From positions 30,001 to 62,000 of the forward strand of contig NZ_QLIR01000004.1 in NCBI RefSeq assembly GCF_003428155.1: 32,000 bases of DNA. The letters run 5' to 3'. The notes under the pieces are model-generated. The model was given only the letters and a program-made list of their open reading frames with translations. It had not been told where the DNA came from and searched no databases. The translations under genes and the position numbers were made by a program. The stretch is from Fastidiosibacter lacustris. GTDB lineage: Bacteria > Pseudomonadota > Gammaproteobacteria > Francisellales > Francisellaceae. Shown here in pieces: positions 12,500 to 22,679 of the stretch. Within the stretch, counting starts at the first letter, position 1; every line of letters begins with the position of its first letter.

Positions 12500-12580
12500 T
12501 ATTCTGTACGGGGTGGAATTGGAGGCATCGTCTGTCTGTACGCATAAGGATGAGCGATTTATCAGGTTTTAAAGAATTGG

Positions 12581-12617
12581 AAAACTCCTAATGAACAAAT
12601 CAATTACGAGTTTTTTT
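12581..12617 (+). terminator. Weak candidate terminator downstream of esterase
   Basis: AAAACTC ...20 nt... GAGTTTTTTT. Confidence 0.35.
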
Positions 12618-12760
12618 GGATTTGAATTTGCTTTATCCTCATTTCTAGCCATGCTCAACAAAATAATATGTTATGACAGAAAAGTAGTGATTAGATTTTG
12701 CTTAATGACAACATATAGCTCAAAATAAGCATACTTTAAACGAAAAAAATAAGTGATTTT

Positions 12761-13438
12761 ATGCTTGTAACAAATGAAGATATAGCTATGAAAAAGCATA
12801 AGGACTTGTATTCAAGACGTGAAGAATTATTGAACACGTTAACTCATGCGATTGGAGCAGGATTTAGTATCATTGCACTTATTTTGATGATCTTGCGTGC
12901 AGCAGATACGGGGTACATGGTCAATGTCATAGCAGTTACTATTTTTGGCTTAACGCTTATTTCAATGTATGCTGCATCAAGCTTATATCATGGTATTACT
13001 CATCCAAAATGGAAAAAAGTGTTACGAAAAGTTGATCATTTAAATATTTATTTACTTATTGCTGGTACTTATACTCCTATTGCACTTATCGCTTTATCAG
13101 GCGTTAATAGTTGGTTGATTCTTGCTATTTTATGGGGATCTGTGATTGCTGGTTTTATTTATAAAATATTATTTTTTGGTGATGGTTGGTTATCTACTGC
13201 GTTATATGTCATTATGGGCTGGACGGCACTAGGATTTATTGTGCAGATTGTAGAAGCATTACCAGGCGGTTGTCTCATGTGGATTGTGCTAGGAGGGGCG
13301 TTATATACCAGTGGCGTTGTCTTTTATATGCTGGATGAAAAAATTGAGTTTTGTCACTTCTTGTGGCATTTATTCGTTTTTGCTGGCAGTCTAGCCCATT
13401 TTTTTGCAATCTATTTATACGTTGCTAGGATGGACTAG
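12761..13438 (+). CDS. Hemolysin III / YqfA (TrhA, PAQR-like) family membrane protein; start may instead be 12788
   Basis: EELLNTLTHAIGAGFSI, SSLYHG, LRKVDHLNIYLLIAGTYTPIAL, multiple TM segments, LWHLFVFAGSLAHFFAI. Confidence 0.9.
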   Translation: MLVTNEDIAMKKHKDLYSRREELLNTLTHAIGAGFSIIALILMILRAADTGYMVNVIAVTIFGLTLISMYAASSLYHGITHPKWKKVLRKVDHLNIYLLIAGTYTPIALIALSGVNSWLILAILWGSVIAGFIYKILFFGDGWLSTALYVIMGWTALGFIVQIVEALPGGCLMWIVLGGALYTSGVVFYMLDEKIEFCHFLWHLFVFAGSLAHFFAIYLYVARMD

Positions 13439-13482
13439 AAATCGGAAATAAAGTACTTTTATCTGCGTAAGTGATATCAAAA

Positions 13483-14208
13483 ATGAACAACATTAATCTA
13501 AAAAACAATATGAAAAAACAGGATAACAAGCATAATATCAGTGCGATGATTTTAGCAGCAGGGCGTGGGCGTAGAATGCAATCACTTACGGATCATACCC
13601 CTAAGCCCTTAATAGAAGTAAATGGCAAGGCATTGATTGAGCATCAAATAGAAAATTTGGCTGATACGGGTATAAGCCGTATCATTATCAACGTTGCGTA
13701 TCTTTCTGAACTGATTGTTAAGCGCATTGGCTTTGGTGAGCGTTGGGGTATTACAATTCGGTATTTGTATGAACCACTGGGTGCTTATGATACAGGTGGT
13801 GGGATTATACGGGCATTACCTTGGTTAAGCGATCCTTTTATCGTTGTAAATGCAGATATAATAAGCAATTACAACTTTCATTCAATAGTGGAACATAGTA
13901 AATTGATGAGTGAATTAGCACATTTAGTGCTTGTGCCTAATCCAGTGCATAATCTAAAAGGAGATTTTTGTTTAACAAGCGACAAGAAAATTATAGTGAT
14001 TAATGATAATTGCCAAAGTTACACTTATACGGGTATTAGTGTGTATAAAAAAGCATTATTTAAAGGTATCCCTGTCGGTTCTAAAATTTCTTTACCACGG
14101 ATTTGGCAATCTTTTATTAAACAAAAGCTAATTAGTGGGGAATTATTTCATGCGAATTGGTGTGACGTAGGAACTCCTGAGCGTTGGCAAGAAATCAACC
14201 GTGCCTAG
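13483..14208 (+). CDS. murU: MurU-like N-acetylmuramate-1-phosphate uridylyltransferase / NTP-transferase (ORF track starts at 13471; start uncertain)
   Basis: AMILAAGRGRRMQSLTDHTPKPLIEVNGKALIEHQIENLA, GAYDTGGGIIRALPWLSDPFIVVNADI. Confidence 0.75.
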   Translation: MNNINLKNNMKKQDNKHNISAMILAAGRGRRMQSLTDHTPKPLIEVNGKALIEHQIENLADTGISRIIINVAYLSELIVKRIGFGERWGITIRYLYEPLGAYDTGGGIIRALPWLSDPFIVVNADIISNYNFHSIVEHSKLMSELAHLVLVPNPVHNLKGDFCLTSDKKIIVINDNCQSYTYTGISVYKKALFKGIPVGSKISLPRIWQSFIKQKLISGELFHANWCDVGTPERWQEINRA

Positions 14209-15704
14209 ATCTTGGTGCTTGTAAAGATTGTGTTTTTCAAGCCGATAAAAAGGGTGATAACAATAAACAATAAGCTCAGGAATAAAATTGGCAAAAGACC
14301 ATATTTCATCCAGGGGGTATTGCCTTGTATGGCTTCGATATTACCCTTTAATACTGCTTGCTTGTTTCTTGGTAAGCTTACAATAGTTTGACCTTTTGGG
14401 TTAATGATTGAAGTGACACCATTGTTGGTTGCTTGAATAACAAAGCGACCTGTTTCAATAGCGCGCATTTGTGAAATCTCTTCATGTTGCCAAGGTGCCA
14501 GCGAATCACCAAACCAAGCGTCATCACTGATAACGGTGATTAAGTCAGCATTTTGTAATTGTGCACGTACTTCAGAGGGATAAGCGATTTCATAACAGAT
14601 AAACAAAGCAATGCTGACGCCATTCATATTTAATAGCGGTTGTACTTTAGCACCTTTAGTAAAACTAGACATAGGAATGTTGAAATAAGCCATAAATGGC
14701 TCAAGAAAATAAGAAAAAGGATAATATTCTCCAAAGGGAACCAAATGACGTTTATGGTAGTAACCAGAACCTAAACCATAAACAAATGCTGAGTTAAAGT
14801 ATTGATCTTTGTGATTAAGTGCCACGGTTCCAACTAAGATTGCACTTTCTTGATTTTTTCCTAAATCATTAATTTGTGCTAAAAAAGGCTCAATAAAAGG
14901 TTTGAAGGTTGGAATAGCGTTTTCTGGCCAAAAGACTAAGTCTGCAGGGTTGTTACGAGTTATTTTGTAGTAATGATCGATAATTGTTTGTAACATGCTT
15001 GGATCCCATTTTTGATCCTGAATATAATTGCCTTGAATAATGGTGACAGTTTTATCAATGCCATCACTATGTGTCCATTTTATTTGCCTGAAACCCAAGG
15101 CACTAATAAAGCACAGCGTAATAAGCAACAACATGCTGATAACGGTTTTAAAATGACGTAGATTTAACAAAATTTCTGTTAAACAAAGTGACATAAAACA
15201 TACAATAAATCCTACTAAGAAGACACTTCCAACTGGTGCAAAAGCTGAAAAAATGGTATGGGTTTGTGAGTAGCCTAATAAGACCCAAGGGAAGCCAGTA
15301 AATAAGTAGGTACGTAACAACTCAAGTAGAAACCAGCAAACTGGGAGAATCAACAGGCGATAACTCAAGTGTTTATTATTTAGTTTGCCAAAACAATAGC
15401 CAAAAATAAGGAAAAAAGTGCTTAAAAATAGAATAAATATCGTCGTTAAGCTGATACTCAAGAAAATCGATTGACTAAAGGCATAAATGCTCACATAGAC
15501 CCAAGATATACTGGTACTAAAAAATCCCACACCATAGCAGTAACCTAACCATAACTGTTTTTTTATTGTTTTCTCTTGAGCAATGAGATAAAAAAAACCT
15601 ACGAGTGAGACGAATGCAAGGCTGGCAATTCCAATAGGTGAAAAGGATAAGGTTAGAATTGCGCCACACAAAAGAGCTGAGAAATTAATCAGAAATAAGC
15701 GCAT
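14205..15704 (-). CDS. lnt: Apolipoprotein N-acyltransferase
   Basis: WPENAIPTF, FICYEIAYP, polytopic N-terminus, FSPIGIASLAFVSLVGF; position next to corC/ybeX. Confidence 0.95.
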   Translation of the reverse strand: MRLFLINFSALLCGAILTLSFSPIGIASLAFVSLVGFFYLIAQEKTIKKQLWLGYCYGVGFFSTSISWVYVSIYAFSQSIFLSISLTTIFILFLSTFFLIFGYCFGKLNNKHLSYRLLILPVCWFLLELLRTYLFTGFPWVLLGYSQTHTIFSAFAPVGSVFLVGFIVCFMSLCLTEILLNLRHFKTVISMLLLITLCFISALGFRQIKWTHSDGIDKTVTIIQGNYIQDQKWDPSMLQTIIDHYYKITRNNPADLVFWPENAIPTFKPFIEPFLAQINDLGKNQESAILVGTVALNHKDQYFNSAFVYGLGSGYYHKRHLVPFGEYYPFSYFLEPFMAYFNIPMSSFTKGAKVQPLLNMNGVSIALFICYEIAYPSEVRAQLQNADLITVISDDAWFGDSLAPWQHEEISQMRAIETGRFVIQATNNGVTSIINPKGQTIVSLPRNKQAVLKGNIEAIQGNTPWMKYGLLPILFLSLLFIVITLFIGLKNTIFTSTKI

Positions 15705-15709
15705 GTGAA

Positions 15710-16561
15710 TTAAGCATTGTTTTTGCGTATAACATGCAAGGTACGTACACGACGTTTATCAGCAGCAGTAACACGGAAGGTAAAATCACCAAATACGATT
15801 TCTTCGCCAACATCAGGTAAATGCTCAAGTTGATTGATTACTAAACCACCGATTGTGTCAACTTCATTATCATCAATCGCACAGTCAAAATAATCATTGA
15901 AATCTTCGATTTCAGTAAGTGCATCAACACTAAATTCATTATCATTAATTCGCGTGATTTGTGTATTTTCTTCATCAAATTCATCTTCAATGTTGCCAAC
16001 GATTTCTTCAAGAATATCCTCAATAGTGACTAGCCCCGAAATAACGCCATATTCATCAACAACGATTGCAAGGTGATTATGGCTTGATTTAAACTCTCGC
16101 AATAGTGAATCCAATTTTTTGCTTTCAGGTACAAAGATAGCAGGGCGCAGTGCTGATTTTAATTGCTCAAGGCTTAAGTCTGTGTATTGAACGACAATTT
16201 TTAATAAATCTTTTGTATGTAGGATCCCCAAGACATCTTCACGATTTTCCGAAAAAAGTGGTAAGCGTGTGTGGCTTGAATTAATGACAGTTTGGATAAT
16301 TTCTTTACTTGTCATCCCCGCATGAATTGTTGCCATTTGCGTGCGTGGAATCATAATATTACCCACTGAAGAGGAAGCAACATTTAAAACCCCTTTAATC
16401 ATATCGCGTGAATCTGTATCAATCGTACCTTTTTTAACAGCAAGATTAACAAGACCAAGAAAATCGGAAGGGCTATGTGGCATTAAGATAGTAGCAGCAA
16501 TTTTTTCTAACCAGGTTTGCCCCTGTCCTAAGTTTTCATTCTTTGTCTGTTTTTCGTCCAT
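15710..16561 (-). CDS. ybeX: CorC/YbeX-type CBS-pair transporter-associated protein
   Basis: VGNIMIPRTQMATI, SHTRLPLFSENREDVLGILHTKDLL, NHLAIVVDEYGVISGLVTIEDILEEIVGNIEDEFD. Confidence 0.95.
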   Translation of the reverse strand: MDEKQTKNENLGQGQTWLEKIAATILMPHSPSDFLGLVNLAVKKGTIDTDSRDMIKGVLNVASSSVGNIMIPRTQMATIHAGMTSKEIIQTVINSSHTRLPLFSENREDVLGILHTKDLLKIVVQYTDLSLEQLKSALRPAIFVPESKKLDSLLREFKSSHNHLAIVVDEYGVISGLVTIEDILEEIVGNIEDEFDEENTQITRINDNEFSVDALTEIEDFNDYFDCAIDDNEVDTIGGLVINQLEHLPDVGEEIVFGDFTFRVTAADKRRVRTLHVIRKNNA

Positions 16562-16567
16562 TGTCCA

Positions 16568-17077
16568 TTATTTCTCAACATAAGGATTATCAATACCAAG
16601 CTGTGCTAACAAAGAAATTTCAAGGTTCTCCATTTTGTCAGCATCGGCCTTTTCAATGTGGTCATAGCCGAGTAAATGCAGTATGCCATGTATTAATATA
16701 TGACACCAGTGATGATCGAGCAATTTACTCTGCTGTGTTGCTTCACTTTCTAAAACAATAGGGCAAATAATTAAATCCCCTAGAAAACTCTCCATATCTG
16801 CCTCTTGTGGTAAGCCTGGTGGCTGTTCAAAAGGAAAAGATAAGATATTCGTAGGCTTATCTTTATGGCGATAGGTACGATTGAAATACTGCATATCGTC
16901 CGTATTGACAATCTGTATGCTGATCATAGCTTGTTTAATATCAAGTGTATTAAGTACAACTTTGCACCAAACAGATAGTGTTCTTTCATCTGGGACGTTT
17001 AAACTATCAGGGTTATTAATATCCAGTATCAGCATTGTTCTAGTAATCTTGGCTATGGCTTTGCTCATAGAAATCAT
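16568..17077 (-). CDS. ybeY: Endoribonuclease YbeY (16S rRNA maturation); start ambiguous (ORF track runs to 17131, alternatives 17077/17068/17035)
   Basis: HILIHGILHLLGYDH metal-binding motif; NRTYRHKDKPTNILSFP; GDLIICP. Confidence 0.9.
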   Translation of the reverse strand: MISMSKAIAKITRTMLILDINNPDSLNVPDERTLSVWCKVVLNTLDIKQAMISIQIVNTDDMQYFNRTYRHKDKPTNILSFPFEQPPGLPQEADMESFLGDLIICPIVLESEATQQSKLLDHHWCHILIHGILHLLGYDHIEKADADKMENLEISLLAQLGIDNPYVEK

Positions 17078-18020
17078 ATGCAGCAACAACCCGTTGCACA
17101 ATTGGGTGACGCACAACGTCCGCAGTTTCAAAGAAGGTCATACTAATCCCTTCAACTCCTGCTAAGACTTCAATTGCATGACGAAGCCCTGTAGTAATCC
17201 CCTTGGGCAAGTCTACTTGCGTGATGTCGCCTGTGACGATTGCAGTTGAGTTAAATCCAATGCGTGTTAGGAACATTTTCATTTGTTCTTTGGTCGTGTT
17301 TTGGCTTTCATCTAAAATGATGAATGAATCATTGATTGTGCGCCCACGCATGTAGGCTAAAGGTGCAATTTCAATAACTTGTTTTTCGATTAATTTGGTT
17401 ACCCGCTCAACACCCATCAAATCATATAAAGCATCATACATAGGACGCAAATAAGGGTCTACTTTTTGTGCCAAATCGCCTGGTAGAAACCCAAGCTTTT
17501 CCCCAGCTTCAACTGCAGGGCGAACAAGTACCAAGCGCTTAACTAGTCCTTTTTCAAAAGCAGCAACAGCACAAGCCATTGCAAGGTAGGTTTTACCGGT
17601 TCCAGCCGGTCCTATGCCAAAATTAATATCATTTTCATGAATACGCTTTAAATAACGTTCTTGATTTATTGTGCGAGGATTGATCGGACGTGGACCAATC
17701 ATAACAATAAACTCAGGAATAAATTTTTCTTTTTTGTCGTTTGGATTGCTCTTTGACATTTCATTTAATGCAATATTAAGTTCTTTGTTATTAAGTTCAA
17801 AATTTAGATCGTTAACCAGCTTTTGATATATCTCTTCTAAAAATGCTTTAGCGTCTTTAACGGCTGTTTTGGGTCCGACGATGCGAAAATTATTGCCTCG
17901 TTGGATAATTTCAACTGCTAAGTATTTTTCAATTAAATGTAAATTTTCATTTAGATTGCCACAAAGCTTTACCAGCATTTGGGCGCTATCTGGCTCAAGT
18001 TCGAATTGTATGGTTCTCAT
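17040..18020 (-). CDS. ybeZ: PhoH-like ATPase (YbeZ)
   Basis: GPAGTGKTYLAMA Walker A; VRPAVEAGEKLGFLPGDLAQKVDPYLRPMYDAL; FIILDESQNTT Walker B; TGDITQVDLP. Confidence 0.96.
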   Translation of the reverse strand: MRTIQFELEPDSAQMLVKLCGNLNENLHLIEKYLAVEIIQRGNNFRIVGPKTAVKDAKAFLEEIYQKLVNDLNFELNNKELNIALNEMSKSNPNDKKEKFIPEFIVMIGPRPINPRTINQERYLKRIHENDINFGIGPAGTGKTYLAMACAVAAFEKGLVKRLVLVRPAVEAGEKLGFLPGDLAQKVDPYLRPMYDALYDLMGVERVTKLIEKQVIEIAPLAYMRGRTINDSFIILDESQNTTKEQMKMFLTRIGFNSTAIVTGDITQVDLPKGITTGLRHAIEVLAGVEGISMTFFETADVVRHPIVQRVVAAYDFYEQSHSQDY

Positions 18021-18024
18021 GAAG

Positions 18025-19389
18025 TTAAATTATCTCTCCGCGTAGTGAGTGTGGCAGGGCTTCAACGATTTTAACATCAATTAATTGTCCAATTAAACTA
18101 GAATCACCAGCAAAGTTAACGATACGATTATTCTCTGTGCGCCCGGCAAGGATGTGTCGATCTTTCTTAGATATCCCTTCAACTAAAATGCGCTGAGTTG
18201 CCCCAACCATTTGACGGCTGATAATCATTGCATTGTGATTTAATTGATCTTGTAAACGCTTTAGACGTCCTTTTTTAATTTCCAGTGGAGTATCGTCTAA
18301 CAAGTTAGCAGCGGGTGTGCCAGGGCGTTTGCTATAAATAAAGCTAAATGACTGATCAAAGTGAACATCTTTAACCAAATCCATTAATTTTTCAAAATCT
18401 TCTTCAGTTTCACCAGGAAAGCCAACAATAAAATCAGATGAAATCGTGATATCTGGACGCACTTTTCTAAGCTTACGGATTTTTTGTTTAAACTCTAGAA
18501 TCGTATGATTACGTTTCATAGCGGCTAAGATACGATCAGAACCATGCTGAACTGGCAGATGTAAATGGTTGGCAAGTTGTGGTACTTCAGCATAAGCATT
18601 GATGAGATTATCCGAAAATTCAACAGGATGAGAAGTTGTGAAACGAATGCGTTCAACACCATCAATATCGGCAATAAAATGAATAAGAAGTGCAAGATCT
18701 GCGGTGTCACCCGAGGACATTTTACCAAGGTAATGATTCACATTTTGACCTAAAAGTGTAATTTCTTTAACCCCTTGTTCGGCAAGAATGGCGCATTCAG
18801 CTAATACATCTTCAAACGGGCGGTTTACCTCAGGACCACGTGTATAAGGTACAACACAATATGAACAGTACTTGTCACAGCCTTCCATTATTGAAACAAA
18901 GGCCTTAGCACCTTCTGCTCTAGGTGCAGGAAGGTGATCAAACTTTTCAATTTCAGGAAAGGAAATATCAACTTGTGCAGTTTGCGTGATTTGTTTTTGT
19001 TTAATGAGCTCAGGCAAACGGTGAATGGTTTGTGGCCCAAAAACAATATCAACAAATGGTGCCCGCTTAATAATATTTTCACCTTCTTGTGAAGCAACAC
19101 AGCCGCCTACGCCAATCACAAGGTTAGGATTTTTGTTTTTCAGGTATTTCCAGCGACCTAGTTCGTGAAAAACCTTTTCCTGTGCTTTTTCGCGAATTGA
19201 ACAAGTGTTGATCAAGATAATATCTGCTTTACTGTAATCATCTGTTTTTGTTGTATTAAAGTGTTCACTTAGTACTTCATTCATGCGTGATGAATCATAT
19301 TCATTCATCTGGCAACCCAGTGTTTTAATAAAAACTTTTTTATTCTGCTTTATTTCAAGTGCAGGTGTTTCAATCACAGTTGCTGTCAT
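18025..19389 (-). CDS. miaB: tRNA-2-methylthio-N6-dimethylallyladenosine synthase
   Basis: [12 protein letters not shown]; [17 protein letters not shown] radical-SAM triad; [17 protein letters not shown]; TRAM-like C-terminus. Confidence 0.97.
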   Translation of the reverse strand: MTATVIETPALEIKQNKKVFIKTLGCQMNEYDSSRMNEVLSEHFNTTKTDDYSKADIILINTCSIREKAQEKVFHELGRWKYLKNKNPNLVIGVGGCVASQEGENIIKRAPFVDIVFGPQTIHRLPELIKQKQITQTAQVDISFPEIEKFDHLPAPRAEGAKAFVSIMEGCDKYCSYCVVPYTRGPEVNRPFEDVLAECAILAEQGVKEITLLGQNVNHYLGKMSSGDTADLALLIHFIADIDGVERIRFTTSHPVEFSDNLINAYAEVPQLANHLHLPVQHGSDRILAAMKRNHTILEFKQKIRKLRKVRPDITISSDFIVGFPGETEEDFEKLMDLVKDVHFDQSFSFIYSKRPGTPAANLLDDTPLEIKKGRLKRLQDQLNHNAMIISRQMVGATQRILVEGISKKDRHILAGRTENNRIVNFAGDSSLIGQLIDVKIVEALPHSLRGEII

Positions 19390-19628
19390 AGTTATTACCT
19401 AAGGTTTATTGAATTTCTTTTTTTTTGCGTATGTATCTTTATCTTTTCAATGGTAAGTAAGCATATGGAGATAACCTACGTCATACCATCTATTAAGAAT
19501 AAAGAATACCAAGGCTAAAAACTGGCATTAGGGTAACGGGTTTTACAAAAAAATGCTAGTAAAATGTACAGCCATTCATAGGCTGTGTGCAATGCAATAA
19601 GTTAGTGAAAAATATTTTTTCTTAGTGC

Positions 19629-19657
19629 TTGACAAGGGTATCAAAGACCAATAGAAT
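19629..19657 (+). promoter_or_regulatory. Sigma70-type promoter for tRNA-Glu
   Basis: TTGACA (19629-19634), 17-nt spacer, TAGAAT (19652-19657), followed by a GC-rich gcgc discriminator as in stable-RNA promoters. Confidence 0.75.
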
Positions 19658-19704
19658 GCGCTCCAGTTTTGAGATGAAATTCAAAAAACAGTAAAATTTT
19701 CCTT

Positions 19705-19780
19705 GTCCCCATCGTCTAGAGGCCTAGGACATCGCCCTTTCACGGCGGTAACAGGGGTTCGAATCCCCTTGGGGACGCCA
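19705..19780 (+). tRNA. tRNA-Glu, anticodon TTC, CCA encoded
   Basis: GTCCCCATCGTCTAGAGGCCTAGGACATCGCCCTTTCACGGCGGTAACAGGGGTTCGAATCCCCTTGGGGACGCCA, 76 nt with complete cloverleaf. Confidence 0.97.
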
Positions 19781-19912
19781 AATTTACTCTCGACCAATCA
19801 CTTCAAATTATCCTTTCTCTTGTTAAGAGAGAAGTTCACAGAGTCTAGGTGGAAAAATTGGTTTTGAAAGTATAGTTGGGCATGGCACAAAGTTTTGGGT
19901 AATATTACCGTT

Positions 19913-21253
19913 TCATAAATATGAATATTTAATCTGACACTCAGTTATATTCCATTTGATATCTACTACCAACCCTCTTTTGTCAGGATGGTTATAAATT
20001 TCTAAGTGAGCATTATTATGCTCTACAATTTCTTTAACGATAGATAAACCTAAGCCAAATCCTGGTAAATTATGACTTCTTGCTTGATCCATACGAAAAA
20101 ATGGATCACATAGTTTCTCTATGAATTGTGGATCTACACCTGGTCCTTCATCTGTAAACCTTACACAAAGCACATTTTCGTTTGGTATCTTTGTTACTAT
20201 AACTGTTACACCATTTGCATACTTAATTGCATTGTCAATAAGGTTTTGAACAGCTCGCTTAAATGCTTTTCTTTGTAAAGGAAGTACGACAGAAGTAAAT
20301 TCAGACTCAAATTTAACGTTAAAAAAATTAATTTGATACTCATGACAAGTTGCATCGATAAAATTGACTAACTCAACAAGTTGAGTTTTTTCAATTTTAT
20401 GTGCCTTTTCATTGTACACATTCATTTGGTTAAGCAAATATTCCATATCCGCATAATATTTCAGTAATTCTTGATGATAGACTTCCGGAATAGAGTTTTG
20501 CATATAAAGTTTTGCTTTTGTCAGTGGAGTTTTTAAATCATGTGACAACGCTGCTAAAGTATGAACAGCTTCATCTAACATCGTTTGTACTTTATCACTT
20601 ACTTGTACCATAAGATCTGCTGTATCTTGCATAAAGAAAGGAGTAAATAGTGAATGTTTCTTTACTTTTAAACCTAAATTTTCAGCTAATTTTTGCATTT
20701 TGATATATGGTTTTAATAGCTTTTGAGTATAAGCAAAATAAATTGGAATCATGAAAGCGATAAATAATAATGAAACAACAAGTAGAAGATATAAGTAAAT
20801 TCTATTTGTGTTTTCAACAACAAAATCAACGCAAAAGTCTATATCTTGATAACAAATCGACACCCCATTTTTTCCATATCCATATTCTGACTTTGGTAAA
20901 AGTTCTTGTATCCTTTTACGAACTTCTCGATAAGTTTGTGACTTATAGCCTTGCTGTAGCTCAGCTATGTTAAGCATTAGTTTTTTACTAAATATACCAT
21001 TATCGGATAAATTATATTTTATGTAATCTGGCCAGGTATTAAGATATGATGATTGCTTATTTTCTGCATTAGGTAAGGCATTATAATGTAAATTGAATAC
21101 GGCATTCGTTAATGAATAAATCGTTTGAGAATATCTGTTATCGTAGTAGTTAAAATATGAAATAATAATAAAAGTCGCATTGAGCAATAAAAAAACAATA
21201 AATAACTTGGGGATAATCCAGAAGTAAATCTTTGTTTTAACTTTTATTTTCAT
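19913..21253 (-). CDS. Sensor histidine kinase, EnvZ-like architecture (TM - periplasmic domain - TM - HAMP-like linker - HisKA - HATPase)
   Basis: LAALSHDLKTPLTKAKL H-box; NLIDNAIKYAN N-box; FTDEGPGVD; GFGLGLSIVKEIVE; two hydrophobic segments flank about 150 aa. Confidence 0.93.
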   Translation of the reverse strand: MKIKVKTKIYFWIIPKLFIVFLLLNATFIIISYFNYYDNRYSQTIYSLTNAVFNLHYNALPNAENKQSSYLNTWPDYIKYNLSDNGIFSKKLMLNIAELQQGYKSQTYREVRKRIQELLPKSEYGYGKNGVSICYQDIDFCVDFVVENTNRIYLYLLLVVSLLFIAFMIPIYFAYTQKLLKPYIKMQKLAENLGLKVKKHSLFTPFFMQDTADLMVQVSDKVQTMLDEAVHTLAALSHDLKTPLTKAKLYMQNSIPEVYHQELLKYYADMEYLLNQMNVYNEKAHKIEKTQLVELVNFIDATCHEYQINFFNVKFESEFTSVVLPLQRKAFKRAVQNLIDNAIKYANGVTVIVTKIPNENVLCVRFTDEGPGVDPQFIEKLCDPFFRMDQARSHNLPGFGLGLSIVKEIVEHNNAHLEIYNHPDKRGLVVDIKWNITECQIKYSYL

Positions 21254-22019
21254 CGTAGGTATTTTGCCTTAAAATTGTGTCTGAGTAATGCACATCAGCA
21301 ACCATAATATATCCAACTCCATGAATTGTTTTTATGATTTTGGGGTTAGCCGTGTCTTTTTCTACCTTTTTCCTGAGTCTACCAATAACAACGTCAACTG
21401 CGCGATCACAACCGTCATACTCACGATTATAAATTGCTCTTGTCACGTCATCCCGGGAAATAATATTTCGATTATTTTCTATTAGTATTTTAAGTAAGTC
21501 ATACTCAGAATTCGACAGTTCAATACTAATGCCATTTTGATCTATTAATACGCGGTCAAAGAAGTCTAAAACTAAATTTTCAAAGTGTATATATCTTTTG
21601 TTAGAAGCATCTTTATAGTCAACAGAATATGTTCTCAATGCGCTTTTAATTTGCGCAAGTAACACCTCTGCATTAAACGGCTTAGTAATATATTGACACG
21701 CTCCAAATTCATATGAAAGTATCTTTTTCGTATCGCTATCAATCGCTGTGAGCATTATGATTGGGATATTGTGTTGACTGCGAATTTGACGGCAGATATC
21801 AATTCCATTACCATCAGGCAACATTACATCAAGAATAATAATATCAGGTATTTTTTTTAATAAAATTGATAATGCTTCTGATAAACTCTTTGCTGTATCA
21901 ACAAGGTAGGCGTTGTTGATCAGTAAATTTTTTAATAACGTTATCATTTCATTATCATCATCAACTATAAGCACATTTTTTTTAGCAATTTTTGTTAACT
22001 CATTTAACTTATCTAGCAT
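21237..22019 (-). CDS. OmpR-family response regulator with intact receiver (ORF track runs to 22043; RBS favours 22019)
   Basis: VLIVDDDNEM, IIILDVMLPDGNGIDICRQIR, PIIMLTA, YITKPF; winged-helix DDVTRAIYNREYDGCDRAVDVVIGRLRKKVE...IKTIHGVGYIM; overlaps kinase by 17 nt. Confidence 0.94.
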   Translation of the reverse strand: MLDKLNELTKIAKKNVLIVDDDNEMITLLKNLLINNAYLVDTAKSLSEALSILLKKIPDIIILDVMLPDGNGIDICRQIRSQHNIPIIMLTAIDSDTKKILSYEFGACQYITKPFNAEVLLAQIKSALRTYSVDYKDASNKRYIHFENLVLDFFDRVLIDQNGISIELSNSEYDLLKILIENNRNIISRDDVTRAIYNREYDGCDRAVDVVIGRLRKKVEKDTANPKIIKTIHGVGYIMVADVHYSDTILRQNTYDENKS

Positions 22020-22340
22020 AGTAATTTGCCTTCTTTTTTCCAAATCTTATTTACATCTGATACCTATTGCAAATCGTTTTATGGGTTTTATAACACAGAA
22101 ATTTATACTGATTTTGAGCGAATTGAATTGCAAACGATAGTATTCCTCTTATCAAAATTTAATCGGTGAAAAACATATAAAACTCAATGTCAGCAAGTTT
22201 GCAAAATGATTCACAATATTTATATAACATATCTATGACAGCAAACTCAATATTGCTAGTCACTTTAATACAATTGGATACATATTAATAAATAATGCCA
22301 GAATAATTATTCTTGATGTTCTAATATTACATTCCCTAAC

Positions 22341-22679
22341 TTAGGCTTGTATGTTTTCATAAGAAACACGTACAGGCTTTAAATCATGTTGCTTAAGAAG
22401 TTGTTTAATTTCTTTAAGTAGTTTTTCCTTTTGTTCTTCTTTTGAAATATCAAGACGAATTTCACCTGTTTTATGATTAATACTGGTGTTATATGCATGT
22501 AACTCATTAGCAATTTCAGGTGTACTAAAAAGAACTTTACCTAGCGCAACATAGGCTTTATGTGAAACGTTTTCACTGGTTGCCGAAGTAAAAACAATGT
22601 TGAGTTGATTCTTAGCTGAGCACGCTAAAGTGAAACTAGCTGCCAACATAAGCGATGTGAACGTAATAGTTTTTTTCAT
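22341..22679 (-). CDS. Small exported protein (signal peptide; weak lipobox-like TLAC), function unknown
   Basis: MKKTITFTSLMLAASFTLACSAKN signal-like N-terminus; RBS aaaggaa upstream. Confidence 0.65.
   Translation of the reverse strand: MKKTITFTSLMLAASFTLACSAKNQLNIVFTSATSENVSHKAYVALGKVLFSTPEIANELHAYNTSINHKTGEIRLDISKEEQKEKLLKEIKQLLKQHDLKPVRVSYENIQA

Noticed and set aside
16341-16583. Plus-strand ORF over ybeX
   Set aside because: Antisense to a convincing CorC-family gene and no RBS or motif
18565-18753. Plus-strand ORF containing [10 protein letters not shown] (zinc-finger-like Cys pair)
   Set aside because: Antisense to conserved miaB coding region; Cys pair alone is insufficient
19801-19835. 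TCTCTT gtt AAGAGA hairpin after tRNA-Glu as a terminator
   Set aside because: No T tract follows on the plus strand; too weak to call
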